IMG/VR virus record: IMGVR_UViG_3300036791_000759
Coordinates: 2,414 to 66,413 of that record
DNA length: 64,000 nucleotides
Reading direction: 5' to 3' (one strand)
Source: a virus
Part shown: in pieces, positions 47,673-57,742 of the stretch
Numbering within the stretch: the first letter of the stretch is position 1
Layout of the letters: every line of letters starts with the position of its first letter
Notes under the pieces: generated by a model
What the model was told of the DNA's origin: nothing
Seen by the model: only the letters and a program-made list of their open reading frames with translations
Database searches by the model: none
Position numbers and translations under genes: made by a program

Positions 47673-48854
47673 ATGAACTTGGAACAAGCCAAGCGGGTGC
47701 TGCTGCGCACCCATGTGTCGGCGTTAGCTCTGGGTGAGCGTGCGTCGGGCATGGTGCTGCAGTCATCACCGGGCGTCGGCAAAACCGAGGGTGGGTTTCA
47801 GTATGTTGAGGATTTGTGCCTCACCCTGAATGAGCCCGTTGGGATGACGCAGTTTATGCTGGCGACGATCCAGTCAGCCGATGTTCGCGGGTTCGGCATT
47901 CCGGTCAAAGCCGCCGATGGCGGGTCCATACCGGACTTTGTGTTCTCGCGGCCGCCATGGGCGCCGGTGCGTGCCAATACGTGGGTGTGTGAACCCACGG
48001 GCAACCCGGAGAAGCCGGTGCGCTGGTACGCCGAGGGCGAGTGGACCGGCGAGATGCCCAGGGTGGGTGTGCTGTTCCTCGATGAGTTTGGCCAGGCGGA
48101 GGAAGATGTTAAAAAACCTGCGGCTGAGCTGATCTACAAGGGGAACGTCGGCGCGTGGAAGCTGCCGGTCGGCTGGCGGGTGATCGCGGCGACGAACCGG
48201 GTGTCGGATCGTAGCGGCGTCATGCGCGAGCTGATGTTTATCGTCAACCGGCGGTGCTTGCTCAATATCCAGCCGCAGCTGCAACCGTGGCTCGACTGGG
48301 CCGCGCGAAAGAAGATTCACTATATGAGCGTGTCGTTCGCGCGGCAGCATCCTGGGGTCGTCTTTCATGAGGATGTTCCCGAGGGTACCGATCCGTTCTG
48401 CACACCGCGATCGTTGGTTTTGATGGATCGCGATCTGCAGGCCATACGTGGGCCCGAGGAGATCGCCAACGACAAGATGCCCATCGACGAGGTCGCGCGC
48501 GAGGTCTGCGCCGGCTGGGTCGGGAACGCGACGATGGGGCAGTATTTTACCCATCTGAAGTATTCCGACTTGTTGCCGGACCCTGACGATATCGCCAGTG
48601 ATCCGGGTCGGGCAAAACTGCCCGACACGATGGACGCGCAGATGGTGACGGCGTTTATGCTCTCACATCATGTGAGAGAAGAAACTTCCGCTCAGTTCCA
48701 GCGCTACATCAACCGCATGCACATCGAGATGCAGCATCTTGCCGTGCGCACGATCAAGGGCGATCCCCTAAAGGCCAAGTTCTTCACGCTGACCCAGGAG
48801 CACCGCGACTGGCTGATGAAGAACAAGGATACGTTCATCGCATCGCGTTCGTAA
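47673..48854 (+). CDS. MoxR-like AAA+ ATPase
   Basis: SSPGVGKT Walker A, LFLDE Walker B, IAATN sensor 1, TPRS. Confidence 0.88.
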   Translation: MNLEQAKRVLLRTHVSALALGERASGMVLQSSPGVGKTEGGFQYVEDLCLTLNEPVGMTQFMLATIQSADVRGFGIPVKAADGGSIPDFVFSRPPWAPVRANTWVCEPTGNPEKPVRWYAEGEWTGEMPRVGVLFLDEFGQAEEDVKKPAAELIYKGNVGAWKLPVGWRVIAATNRVSDRSGVMRELMFIVNRRCLLNIQPQLQPWLDWAARKKIHYMSVSFARQHPGVVFHEDVPEGTDPFCTPRSLVLMDRDLQAIRGPEEIANDKMPIDEVAREVCAGWVGNATMGQYFTHLKYSDLLPDPDDIASDPGRAKLPDTMDAQMVTAFMLSHHVREETSAQFQRYINRMHIEMQHLAVRTIKGDPLKAKFFTLTQEHRDWLMKNKDTFIASRS

Positions 48855-49013
48855 TCTATAGCTGCTATAGTATGAGCATCGCCGGGTGCGTTCGCGCCCG
48901 GCGGTGATCAGCCTCAGACGTAGCCGAGGTTACGCCTGAGGGTGATCACCCCCGATCACCTTAATGCTACCGTAGCAACGCTGCGCCCGGTAGGCGCAGT
49001 AGAGAGGGAGAAC

Positions 49014-49910
49014 ATGAACGACATAGCAGTACATACGCAGGATGTCGGCGACGCGGTGCGCAACGCCGGGCTTCTCGCCAGTGTCCAGATTTCGGTCTGG
49101 GAGGGCATGAAGCTCGACAAGAAATCCTTGGAGGAACTTAAGAAACTCCACGGCGCATCGGGTGATATCGGCCGGGTCAACATTAACCTGTTGACCGGGC
49201 ACGATGGCTTGCTGAGGGACACGCACAGCGCGTTCTTTAGTGTCCGCACCCGCCACTACGAGCTGACGCTGCCGTGGGTGAGCGATCCCCACGCACCGCG
49301 CCAGCGCGGTCCCCGGCTGTTGTCTCATCTGCTGTTCGAGCAATATGTCAAGGAGCTGAGCGTGCTCAAAAAGAGCGCGATCGACCTGTTGGAGGGTAGT
49401 TTCCTTCCGGCGTATCCCGGGCTCGTGCAGGGCGCGCAGGGCAATTTGGGGACCATCGCCCAAGGGTTCCACTACCCGACGGTGGATGAGATTAGGAAAG
49501 CCTTCCGCGTGCATTTCGACTTCGAGCCGATCCCCGAGGGCGCCGGCTTTCGCGGGTTGGACGGGCACACGCTCGACCAGCTGGGTAAGCTGCTCGCCAA
49601 GAAGCAGGAGCGCCAGGTTGCGGAGGCAACGCGTGCCATGTGGATCGAGACCCGCGCGCGGATCGAGGCATTGATCGCCGCCACCAAGAAGCCCAACGCG
49701 GCGACGGTGGGCAACGTGCGCGAGCTGTTGACGCTCTTGCCGGGGTGGAACATCACCGGCAACCCGGTGGTGAGCGAGGTGGCGCAGGATATCGACGAGC
49801 TGCTCATGGGCATCGAGGCCGAGGATCTGCGCAAGGATGAAAAGCTGCGCAGCGATACCGCCGCGAGCGCGCAGAAGATCGTCGATAAGATGGCCCGATG
49901 GGGGCTGTGA
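49014..49910 (+). CDS. Conserved phage protein (DUF3150-like) of the AAA-vWA module
   Basis: GGGAG RBS; ISVWEGMKLDK..TLPW..GPRLL..YPT motif. Confidence 0.7.
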   Translation: MNDIAVHTQDVGDAVRNAGLLASVQISVWEGMKLDKKSLEELKKLHGASGDIGRVNINLLTGHDGLLRDTHSAFFSVRTRHYELTLPWVSDPHAPRQRGPRLLSHLLFEQYVKELSVLKKSAIDLLEGSFLPAYPGLVQGAQGNLGTIAQGFHYPTVDEIRKAFRVHFDFEPIPEGAGFRGLDGHTLDQLGKLLAKKQERQVAEATRAMWIETRARIEALIAATKKPNAATVGNVRELLTLLPGWNITGNPVVSEVAQDIDELLMGIEAEDLRKDEKLRSDTAASAQKIVDKMARWGL

Positions 49911-50307
49911 CAACACCAGGGCAGGGGCTGTGACGCAGGGAACCCCGAAGGCGAATTATGTCTTTATCACCCACGCCAAGCCCTACGACGATGGCCAGCT
50001 GCGTGTGGTTATCGAGGTCGGGCGACTTGCCCGGGTCAATTATCGCTGGGGTCCATTTTATCAGTCGGAGCTGATGCTGTGGATTGAAGCCGAGCCCATC
50101 GTCGAGCGCGCCGAGCGGGTGTGCGAGAGGCTAAACCGCTCGATACTCGCCGTCGCGGCCGCCGAGCTAAAGCGCGCCGGGTTGAAGCGTCTCTTTAAAC
50201 ATTGTTGGGAGGAGGATGAGCATGACTATGAGAATGGTGATTAGCGCCGTAGTGCTGATTGCGAGCCAAGCGACGGCTCATGCCTGCACGTTGGGATGGG
50301 GTGCGCT

Positions 50308-50538
50308 ATGAGCGCGCGCACGCTGACCCTCTATCGCGACGACAGCACCGTACAGGTGGTCTACGAGCGCGTGAAGGCGGTCTTTTGGACAGCCAACAAC
50401 ACTGTGCTCGTGGTGTCTCAGTTCACCGACGAGGCAAGCGGCGCACATCGCTACATCCACTGGCCGCGCGAACGGTTCTGCTGGTTCAAAGACGAGCCTG
50501 GCAAGGCTGATGCGCTGGCCGATGGAGGGGCGGCATAA
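50308..50538 (+). CDS. Hypothetical protein
   Basis: Compact ORF in early arm. Confidence 0.55.
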   Translation: MSARTLTLYRDDSTVQVVYERVKAVFWTANNTVLVVSQFTDEASGAHRYIHWPRERFCWFKDEPGKADALADGGAA

Positions 50539-50576
50539 CAACCGTCCTGATTCATCGCCATTGGAAGGAAACGGAC

Positions 50577-50855
50577 ATGACCGCAATTGATGATCTGAAA
50601 AACAAAGTGACGCGCCTCAGGGATGAGCTTCAAGACGCCGAAACAAAATTGATTAATGCAGTCCGCGAAACCGCACCGTTTAAAGTCGGCGATGTATGGG
50701 TCGACAATCGACGTCGCCAAGGCAAAATAACGAGAATTTTGGTTTCCTATAACTTCAAGCCAGAAGCGCATCTGACACTATACAAGAAAGACGGCAGCCT
50801 CGGCGTTCGCGAAATACCCGCTTTCTCGTGGGATGGCTGGAAGCCACTGCCATGA
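50577..50855 (+). CDS. Hypothetical protein
   Basis: AAGGA RBS; PFKVGD..KKDGS SH3-like pattern. Confidence 0.7.
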   Translation: MTAIDDLKNKVTRLRDELQDAETKLINAVRETAPFKVGDVWVDNRRRQGKITRILVSYNFKPEAHLTLYKKDGSLGVREIPAFSWDGWKPLP

Positions 50856-51006
50856 CCGCCTCTATCACCGGGCGACAGACTGAGCAAGCCTATCGGCGTT
50901 AGTTCTGCTGAACTGCCCATCCATAGTGGTGGGCAGCTAGCAGCACTAAAGACTGCGAATAAAAACCGCCACACATAAGTACTACCGTAGCAACTGGAGA
51001 AACAAA

Positions 51007-52362
51007 ATGGAGAGGTTACCAAAGTTGGCGAAGCTAACGCCAGCTCAGGAACAGGCAATGGTCGAGGGCCGCATGGCCTTTATGGATGATTGCCCGTTCT
51101 TTGCCCATTATTACTGGGACCAGCTGAAGGAATATCCGACGTATGACTTTGATACGGCGGCGACCGACAGCCGGCGGGTGTTCTTTAACCCCGAGTATAT
51201 GGCCAAGCTCACGCCGCTCGAACGGGCGTTTGTGCTGGCGCATGAAACCGATCATGCGATCAGCAATCACCCGACGCGGATGAAGTATTACCGTGAGACG
51301 ACGATCCTGCGCGGATTGCCGTTTGATGGTCAGTTCTTCAATGTCTGCGCCGACTATTCGATCAACGCCCGTCTGATCACAGCCAAGGTCGGGTCGTGCA
51401 ATCCCGAGTGGCTCTACGCGCCCGATGTGGACGGCACAGAGCTGCCCGAGGATGTCTACGTCAAGAAGTGGCAGAAGCCGCCACCGCAGCAGCCGCAGCA
51501 GCCGACACAGCCCGGTCAGGGACAAGGCGGCGGCGGTCAGTCGGGACAGGGACAAGGCGGTAGTTCTCAACCGCCAGGCCAGACCTATGGCCAGGTTAAG
51601 AAGGGCGCCAACCCCGACAAAATCGCCAAGGCCAATGGCGGCAGCTTTGATCAGGTGCTCGAACCGTTCACCGATCCGGTGACCGGCGCGGAGGATATCC
51701 CGGGAGAGACCGAGTTCAAGGAAGCCATCGGCAGGGCCGCTGCGGCGGCCAAGGCGGTGGGAAAGATGCCCGGGGTGTTCCAGACGATGGTGGACGAGAT
51801 ACTCGAACCACAGGTTACCTGGACCGAGCATATCCGCATGCTGCTGACCGGCACCATCGGCCGGCGCAACGAGACCTGGAACACGCCCAACCGCAGATAT
51901 CTGCCGCTGGGGGCGCCGTTCCCGGGTCGGCCGCCGATGATCTTTCTGCCGAGTAAGCGCGGGTATGGCGCGGACTTGGTAGCAGTGGCGATCGATTGTT
52001 CGGGATCGGTCAGCAACGACGAGCTGCGGGTGTTTCTCTCCGAGGTCGGTGGGGTGATCGCCGACTGCAAGCCGCGCCGGGTCATGCTGATCTGGTGCGA
52101 TGCGCGGATCCAGCGGATCGACGAAGCCAGATCATTGGACGATCTCGCGGATATCCGGGTCAAGGGTGCGCCGGGTCGTGGGGGAACGAGCTTTCATCCA
52201 CCGTTCGCGTATCTCGACGAAGAGGGGATCGTGCCCGACACGATGATCTACCTCACCGACATGATGGGTAGCTTTCCCGAGGAGCCGAGGTATCCAACAG
52301 TGTGGTGCGCGACCAGCGACATCAAGGCGCCGTTTGGTGAAACCGTAAGGGTAAAGGTGTGA
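51007..52362 (+). CDS. DUF2201-type metallopeptidase plus vWA domain protein
   Basis: TAATD, VLAHETDH (HExxH), AIDCSGS MIDAS, GGTSF, YLTD. Confidence 0.88.
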   Translation: MERLPKLAKLTPAQEQAMVEGRMAFMDDCPFFAHYYWDQLKEYPTYDFDTAATDSRRVFFNPEYMAKLTPLERAFVLAHETDHAISNHPTRMKYYRETTILRGLPFDGQFFNVCADYSINARLITAKVGSCNPEWLYAPDVDGTELPEDVYVKKWQKPPPQQPQQPTQPGQGQGGGGQSGQGQGGSSQPPGQTYGQVKKGANPDKIAKANGGSFDQVLEPFTDPVTGAEDIPGETEFKEAIGRAAAAAKAVGKMPGVFQTMVDEILEPQVTWTEHIRMLLTGTIGRRNETWNTPNRRYLPLGAPFPGRPPMIFLPSKRGYGADLVAVAIDCSGSVSNDELRVFLSEVGGVIADCKPRRVMLIWCDARIQRIDEARSLDDLADIRVKGAPGRGGTSFHPPFAYLDEEGIVPDTMIYLTDMMGSFPEEPRYPTVWCATSDIKAPFGETVRVKV

Positions 52363-52363
52363 G

Positions 52364-53170
52364 ATGCCGAATTTCGAGCTGAGCGACGACCATCGGTCGT
52401 CGCTGCGAGGTGTGTGCCGCCGTCTGTGCGAGGTGCGTACCCTGACAATGGAGCAGGGATTTCCACTATCACAGGAGGATGTCCAGCAGGGGATCTTACC
52501 AGCGGAGATGCGCGATCTGTTTAACAGGCTGAAGGCGATGGGCGCCGAGTCGGTGCGAAACACCAGGAGCCCGTCGTTCTTTGTCGGTGGCGAGGGGATC
52601 GATCGCGAGGTGGCGATCAATATCACCGGTGTGCAAAACCTGTGGTATGCCTACGAAATCCAGGATGGCGCCTATGTGGCCGGGGAACAGATCAAGCAGC
52701 GAAACGAGAAGTTTGACAAAAAGCTGTTCTTCAACAACGCGGTGTTAGCTCCCGAGACCTATAAGAAACTGGTCAGGTGGATTAACTTAGGTGTTCGCGA
52801 GCATCGCCAGGCGGCACTGTTGAACGAAACCCTGGTTAGATTTCTGCATCATTCAGGCATGACACTGGGGCACATCATCGCGCGCTGGCCGGGGTTGACC
52901 CTGGTGTTCGACGAGATGGACCGGGGGGGCTATATTAGCAGCCGCTCAAAGAACAGCTGGCGCGACCGGGTACGCCAGCTCCCGGCCACTAAGAACCGCT
53001 GGGGCTGGCCGGCTTACGGCGATGCTGCAGTGTGGTACGAGAAGAACAAAAAGATACTGGCGGTGTGCGATGAGATGCTGGTCGGCGCGGCGCAGCTCGA
53101 CCGCCCCCACACGCCGGGCATGGCGGCGCGGATCGTCGGTTGGCGCCGCAAGGAGGGAGAAAAGATATGA
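52364..53170 (+). CDS. Hypothetical protein
   Basis: 268-aa ORF immediately after the vWA gene. Confidence 0.75.
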   Translation: MPNFELSDDHRSSLRGVCRRLCEVRTLTMEQGFPLSQEDVQQGILPAEMRDLFNRLKAMGAESVRNTRSPSFFVGGEGIDREVAINITGVQNLWYAYEIQDGAYVAGEQIKQRNEKFDKKLFFNNAVLAPETYKKLVRWINLGVREHRQAALLNETLVRFLHHSGMTLGHIIARWPGLTLVFDEMDRGGYISSRSKNSWRDRVRQLPATKNRWGWPAYGDAAVWYEKNKKILAVCDEMLVGAAQLDRPHTPGMAARIVGWRRKEGEKI

Positions 53171-53373
53171 CGGCAAATGAAGAGGACTATCTCAAACGCG
53201 AGCTGCTGCGGCTCGACGTGCTGCTGCGCAAGAAGCAAGCCTGGTGGGAGCATCCGCGCAACGCCGCACTGATCCTCGGCGTCGTCATCGCCGCTGCTGG
53301 CCTGCTCGGCTACAAGATCGGCTCGACGCCGCAGCAGATCATTGTCCACCTCGATCAGCCACTAAAGCCATGA
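53167..53373 (+). CDS. Small membrane protein
   Basis: ATGA coupling; one hydrophobic helix. Confidence 0.65.
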   Translation: MTANEEDYLKRELLRLDVLLRKKQAWWEHPRNAALILGVVIAAAGLLGYKIGSTPQQIIVHLDQPLKP

Positions 53374-53502
53374 GAACCCACGAATGAGCACCTCGCGTGG
53401 TGCCGCTCGAATATCGACGGGTTTCGCTAGTTTTCTCTCGACGCCGAAATTATAGGTCGTATAGACTGGGGGCCTGACCAAGCGAGCGCGGAGCCCCCTA
53501 CC

Positions 53503-53970
53503 GTGGCTGTGTCTGGTGATCTACTCATAGACCATGACGGGTACTACGCGCCGGCTTGGCGTGGGTCAGCAGGCGCCAGGCCGCCGCTTTACCGGCTTTG
53601 GACTAATATCAGGAACCGCTGCAATAACATGCGTACCCACGATTACCGTTATTACGGTGGTCGTGGGATTAAAGTCTGTGCCCGATGGGACAACTTTGAT
53701 GCGTTCGCGCACGACGTAGGTGACTATCCCGGTAAAGGGTGGACGCTCGATCGCATTAACAACGACGGCAACTATGAACTGGGCAATGTGCGCTGGGCAA
53801 CGCGGCGTACTCAGGCGCGCAATAGAAATTATTGTGTATTAACTAAATATGACGCAGACAAAATACGTAGATTGTATGATGAAGGTATAATTCAAACTGA
53901 ACTTGCAGTAATGTTTAATGTGCATCAAGCACATATTAGTGCTATTATTAGAAGGATTATTTGGAAATGA
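53503..53970 (+). CDS. Free-standing HNH endonuclease with C-terminal HTH
   Basis: YRLW..NRC..YGGRGIKVCARW..TLDRINNDGNYE..NVRWAT; lower GC than flanks. Confidence 0.88.
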   Translation: MAVSGDLLIDHDGYYAPAWRGSAGARPPLYRLWTNIRNRCNNMRTHDYRYYGGRGIKVCARWDNFDAFAHDVGDYPGKGWTLDRINNDGNYELGNVRWATRRTQARNRNYCVLTKYDADKIRRLYDEGIIQTELAVMFNVHQAHISAIIRRIIWK

Positions 53971-55847
53971 TAATCAGTGGGGATTTCGAGACGACTTTTA
54001 CAAAAGAGTATTCGCTCTCGAAACTCTCCGAGGTCGAGTACATCCTCGACCCCCGCTTTCAAGCGATCATGCTCAGCCTCAAGTTTGGTGATCGTCCTTC
54101 GCAGGTGCATATCGGCGAAGCAGCGATCGCCAAAGCGCTTGCAGAGATCGACTGGGCCAACGTTGCCTGGCTTTCTCACAACACCAGATTTGATGGCGCC
54201 ATCCTCGCATGGCGCTTTGGCCATGTGCCCAAGATGTACCTGGACACGCTGTCGATGGCGCGGGCCACGACGCACTGGTATCTCGGCAGCTCCAGCCTCC
54301 GCCGGGTCAGCGACTGCCTTGGCTTGCCGCCCAAGGGCAACGAGGTTGAGAACGCCATCGGCAAGCGGCTGGAGGATTTCACCCCCGCCGAGCTGGACCG
54401 CTACGCGATGTACTGCATGCGGGATAACGATAACTGCCGGGAGATCTTTGACCAGCTGCGGGCGTATTTCTGCGGCGAGGAACTGCGTCTTATCGACCTG
54501 GTGATGCGCATGTTTATCCTGCCGCAGATCCAGCTCGATACCGAGATCCTCAAGGATCACCACGCCCATGTCGTGCGCGAGAAGCAGAAGCTCTTAGCCT
54601 ATGTGGAGACCATCGATCCGATAAGGTTTAGCTCGAACCAGCAGTTTAAGCAGCTGCTCGAAGAATACGGCGTCGAGGTGCCGATGAAAACCTCGCCCAC
54701 CACCGGCGAGGCAATCCCGGCGTTGGCGCGGGGCGACTGGCAGTTTAAGGAATTACTGGCCGACCAGTCTCAGCCTCATGAGGTTCAGGCCATCCTGGCA
54801 GCGCGTGTCGCGGTCAAATCAACATTGGAAGAGACCCGCAGCTTCAAGCTGTGGGAGTTGTCTAAGACCGACTGGCCGCGTCAGGGACGGGGCTGGGCCC
54901 CGGTGCCGCTAAAGTATTATGGCGCGCGGCCGGGCCGGCTCGCCGGCGACGGCGGGATGAACTGGCAGAACATCATGCGCGGCTCGCCCATACGTAAGGC
55001 GATCAAGGCGCCCCCGGGCATGCGCATAATCCACCGTGATGCGTCGCAGATCGAAGCCAGGATGGTGGCCTGGCTGGCGGTGTGCATCCCCCTCGTCGAG
55101 GCGTTCGCCGCCAGGCGCGATGTCTACTGCGAGTTCGCGTCGATCGTCTACCAGCGCCCGATTACCCCTAAGGATGTGAAGGAGCGCTTTGTCGGCAAGA
55201 CCTGCATCCTGGGGCTGGGCTATGGCTGCGGGCCGCCACGCTTTCGCCACATGCTCTTTATCGGTAACGGCGGCATATCGGTGGCGATCGAGCCCGAGGA
55301 GGCTCAGCGGATCGTCTATAGCTACCGTAGCAACTACCCCGAGATACCGGATCTGTGGGGCCAGGCGCAGACCCTGCTGCGCCTCATGGCCGAGAACGAC
55401 CGGGCCGATCCCAAGACGCTTGAGCGGTTGCTGTTTGGCCGGGCCAAGCTGACACCGCTTGAGGCGATGCTGCAGCTGCCCAACCGGATGAAGATCTACT
55501 ACCCCGAGCTGCACTGGCAGGACGACCAGATGGTCTACAAGAGCGCGCACGGGGCATGGCGCAAGATCTATGGCGCCAAAGCTATCGAGAACATCTGCCA
55601 GGCGCTGGCGCGGATCGTCGTGACCGACGCTGCGGTGCGCGTCTACGAAGAGACTGGCTACTACCCGTTCCTCACCACCCACGACAGCTTGGACTACTGC
55701 GTACCCTTGGACGAGGCCGAGGCAATGGATGCCGAGCTGGAGCGCCAGTTCGCGCTGGTGCCGACATGGGCCCAGGGGCTGCCGCTGGCCAGCGAGGGCG
55801 GTTGGGGCGCGACACTGCACGATGCCGAGCAGAAGGTGAACGCATGA
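53967..55847 (+). CDS. DNA polymerase family A with 3'-5' exonuclease
   Basis: DFET ExoI, HNTRFD ExoII, YCMRD ExoIII; DASQIEAR motif A, RFVGKTCILGLGYG motif B, THDS motif C. Confidence 0.93.
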   Translation: MIISGDFETTFTKEYSLSKLSEVEYILDPRFQAIMLSLKFGDRPSQVHIGEAAIAKALAEIDWANVAWLSHNTRFDGAILAWRFGHVPKMYLDTLSMARATTHWYLGSSSLRRVSDCLGLPPKGNEVENAIGKRLEDFTPAELDRYAMYCMRDNDNCREIFDQLRAYFCGEELRLIDLVMRMFILPQIQLDTEILKDHHAHVVREKQKLLAYVETIDPIRFSSNQQFKQLLEEYGVEVPMKTSPTTGEAIPALARGDWQFKELLADQSQPHEVQAILAARVAVKSTLEETRSFKLWELSKTDWPRQGRGWAPVPLKYYGARPGRLAGDGGMNWQNIMRGSPIRKAIKAPPGMRIIHRDASQIEARMVAWLAVCIPLVEAFAARRDVYCEFASIVYQRPITPKDVKERFVGKTCILGLGYGCGPPRFRHMLFIGNGGISVAIEPEEAQRIVYSYRSNYPEIPDLWGQAQTLLRLMAENDRADPKTLERLLFGRAKLTPLEAMLQLPNRMKIYYPELHWQDDQMVYKSAHGAWRKIYGAKAIENICQALARIVVTDAAVRVYEETGYYPFLTTHDSLDYCVPLDEAEAMDAELERQFALVPTWAQGLPLASEGGWGATLHDAEQKVNA

Positions 55848-56332
55848 GCGACGATTACGACCCCAATACGACGGACGACGAGTTTAAGCTGGTCGCTGTC
55901 CGTAAGGCGGCGGCGAACGACATCAACGATGAAATTTATACTGGCACGCTCGAAGACAAAGGATTTACCCACCAACAATGCGAGGAAGTATTCGAGTATT
56001 TCCGAGAGATCATTGGTGCGTACAAGTTAGAATTTGACTGGGGCTGTAGCCTTTGGGTTGACAACGACCATACTAAACATGAGGGATTTAGCTACACAGG
56101 TTTTAAAGATTACGACGACAATGCGCTGACTGTGTGGTGGCAAGACCCGCCGGTCAGTATAAGGTTTGGCATGGACGACATGCGTCGGGCAGTTCGTGAG
56201 TACGCCACTTCTTATGATGAGGATAAAGACGGATCCGAAATACTAGTGCGACGCGAAACATTACAGATGCTTAGGTCATGGTATGACTGCATTAATACTT
56301 TGATAGTCGAGATTGAGGATGAACTGAAATGA
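55844..56332 (+). CDS. Acidic hypothetical protein
   Basis: ATGA coupling; lower GC. Confidence 0.65.
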   Translation: MSDDYDPNTTDDEFKLVAVRKAAANDINDEIYTGTLEDKGFTHQQCEEVFEYFREIIGAYKLEFDWGCSLWVDNDHTKHEGFSYTGFKDYDDNALTVWWQDPPVSIRFGMDDMRRAVREYATSYDEDKDGSEILVRRETLQMLRSWYDCINTLIVEIEDELK

Positions 56333-56541
56333 TATCGATGGAAGAGTGGGAAGCGCGCATCAACGCAGTCGCGGAGCAGCTCCAGGGGCTCTCGGTGATC
56401 GACGCGGTGGCTGTGCTCAACACCATGCTGGTGCGTCTGATCAACACCGCGCCGCCCGAGCTGCAGCACATCCTGTCGATGAAGGTGGCGGCGCTGATGA
56501 TCGGCGCCAAATCAGAGGAAGAATCAAGGGAGCTGCACTGA
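56329..56541 (+). CDS. Hypothetical protein
   Basis: Coupled ORF. Confidence 0.65.
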   Translation: MISMEEWEARINAVAEQLQGLSVIDAVAVLNTMLVRLINTAPPELQHILSMKVAALMIGAKSEEESRELH

Positions 56542-57083
56542 TGGCGTGCTACGCGGATGATCTGACAACGCAAATTCGCAAACTAGCCGAAACCTTCGCA
56601 TACCCTCTCCTCAGCGGGCGTGATGGACAATGGACGGCCGAGGAACTTGAGCCTGTTTTGAGCGAGTTCGTGACCGCCGTCCGCGCCGCACCCGGCCCGC
56701 CGAGTGAGGCAGATGTCGAGCGCGTCAGAAGTGCCATCATGGGGGTGGGCGGTTGGTATCCGGCACAGGAAACCAATGTTGCAGTGGCAACCCGTATAGC
56801 CCGCGCCGCCATCGCTGCTATGGGGCAAGTAACAGACCCGACCCCGCCAGCGAGTGATCTGAGTGATGCCGCAAAGGCTTGGTACACATACATTGATCTT
56901 GAGCCGACCGTTCACGGGAAAATCCAAGGTCTTGCCGCCGTCCGCGCCGAAGCCAAGGCCGAGCAGCACGCAGCGGATGTGAAGATGCTGCGAGACAATA
57001 TGCACCTGTTCCTTCCCATTCATGAGGGCCTGGATGTGGCGCGGCGCATCGCCGACTTCCTCGAACAGAGAGGGCCAAAATGA
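56541..57083 (+). CDS. Hypothetical protein
   Basis: TGATG coupling. Confidence 0.6.
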   Translation: MACYADDLTTQIRKLAETFAYPLLSGRDGQWTAEELEPVLSEFVTAVRAAPGPPSEADVERVRSAIMGVGGWYPAQETNVAVATRIARAAIAAMGQVTDPTPPASDLSDAAKAWYTYIDLEPTVHGKIQGLAAVRAEAKAEQHAADVKMLRDNMHLFLPIHEGLDVARRIADFLEQRGPK

Positions 57084-57742
57084 GTTTCGCCTGGAGCTAC
57101 TCGCGCCTCAAAAATTTCGAGACCTGCCCGAAGCGGCACTACCACTACGACATCGCCAAGGATATCACCGAGGAGGAGTCGGGCGCGCTGCTCGAAGGGC
57201 ACGACACCCACAAAGCGTTTGAGCTGCGGGTCTCACGCAAGCAGAAGCTGCCACCAAACCTGGCGCGGCACGAGAGCTGGATCCAGATGCTGGTGAAGCC
57301 ACCGGGTTTTGCCTATGCCGAGCAGAAGCTGGCACTCAACAGCTTTTTTGAGCCGGTCGGGTTCTTTGCCGACAATGTGTGGTTCCGCTGCGTGCTCGAC
57401 TTCACCAAGGTGATGGACAGCTTTGCCGTGGTCGTCGACTACAAGACCGGCAAGGTGGGCGACGACGACACCCAGCTGTCGCTGCAGGCGGCGACGGTCT
57501 TTCACACCATCCCGGCGATCAACCGGGTGCGATCGGGGATGGCCTTTGTCAACTACGATAAAGTTGTCAGCAAGGTTTATCATCGTAGCGATATCCCGTT
57601 GATCTGGAACAAGATGTTGCCGCGCGTCAAGAAGTACGAAGCGGCGATGCACCATAAGGAATACCCACCCACCCCGTCGGGTCTCTGCGTCAAATACTGC
57701 GGGGTGGTGAGCTGTCCCTATCATGGGAAAGGAACGCGGTGA
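57080..57742 (+). CDS. PD-(D/E)XK (Cas4/RecB-like) exonuclease
   Basis: WSYSRL..CP..G..H..E..D..DYKTG..Q..CxxCxxxxC. Confidence 0.88.
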   Translation: MSFAWSYSRLKNFETCPKRHYHYDIAKDITEEESGALLEGHDTHKAFELRVSRKQKLPPNLARHESWIQMLVKPPGFAYAEQKLALNSFFEPVGFFADNVWFRCVLDFTKVMDSFAVVVDYKTGKVGDDDTQLSLQAATVFHTIPAINRVRSGMAFVNYDKVVSKVYHRSDIPLIWNKMLPRVKKYEAAMHHKEYPPTPSGLCVKYCGVVSCPYHGKGTR

